The notes beneath the pieces are model-generated. The model did not search any database. It saw nothing but the letters and a program-made list of their open reading frames with translations, and was not told the origin of the DNA. 64,000 nt of DNA. Origin: Tubulanus polymorphus. Lineage: Eukaryota; Animalia; Nemertea. The translations under genes were made by a program, and so were the position numbers. This document shows positions 63,901 through 64,000 of the stretch, in pieces (positions within the stretch are counted from its first letter, which is position 1; every line of letters begins with the position of its first letter). The DNA is taken from positions 39,400 through 103,399 of the forward strand of contig NW_027437452.1 of NCBI RefSeq assembly GCF_964204645.1, given 5' to 3'.

Positions 63901-64000
63901 TGATACGAAAACGTCTTTTCTCGCGCTGAACGACGTTTTCGGGTCGAAAAGTGCTTTTCCTGACGATTTGAGCGCTTTTACGCATCGACATTGTCGTTTT
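27915..64000. repeat. Homogeneous 118-bp tandem satellite array, right of the insertion (~306 monomers; runs off the window)
   Basis: Same monomer and orientation as the left array, with shared variant monomers and local multimer duplications. Confidence 0.98.

Noticed and set aside
27919-64000. Numerous short ORFs in the right satellite
   Set aside because: Same artefact; many are extended only by single-base homopolymer indels.

Overview
Eukaryotic, probably metazoan, satellite DNA. About 90% of the window is a tandem array of a 118-bp, CpG-rich monomer. A diverged subfamily occupies 1-~1620 and switches abruptly, in register, to a highly homogeneous subfamily with local higher-order duplications; the array looks centromeric or pericentromeric. 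The array is interrupted once, at ~21235-27918 (net 6680 bp), by an apparently intact, young tyrosine-recombinase retrotransposon on the minus strand. It has the split-direct-repeat layout of Ngaro-type DIRS-order elements: A1 - SGNH hydrolase ORF - A26 tract - 54-bp minisatellite - gag-like ORF - RT/RNase H - tyrosine recombinase - B1-A2 - spacer - B2. Notable points: a stand-alone SGNH/GDSL hydrolase placed 5' of gag; a conservative, TSD-free crossover in a T-run that can be reconstructed against empty paralogous satellite sites in the same window; an array of hairpins in repeat B with covarying stems and a conserved 9-nt loop; and candidate splice acceptors just upstream of both the SGNH and gag start codons. 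All ORFs in the satellite are artefacts. The host species cannot be identified from the sequence alone.
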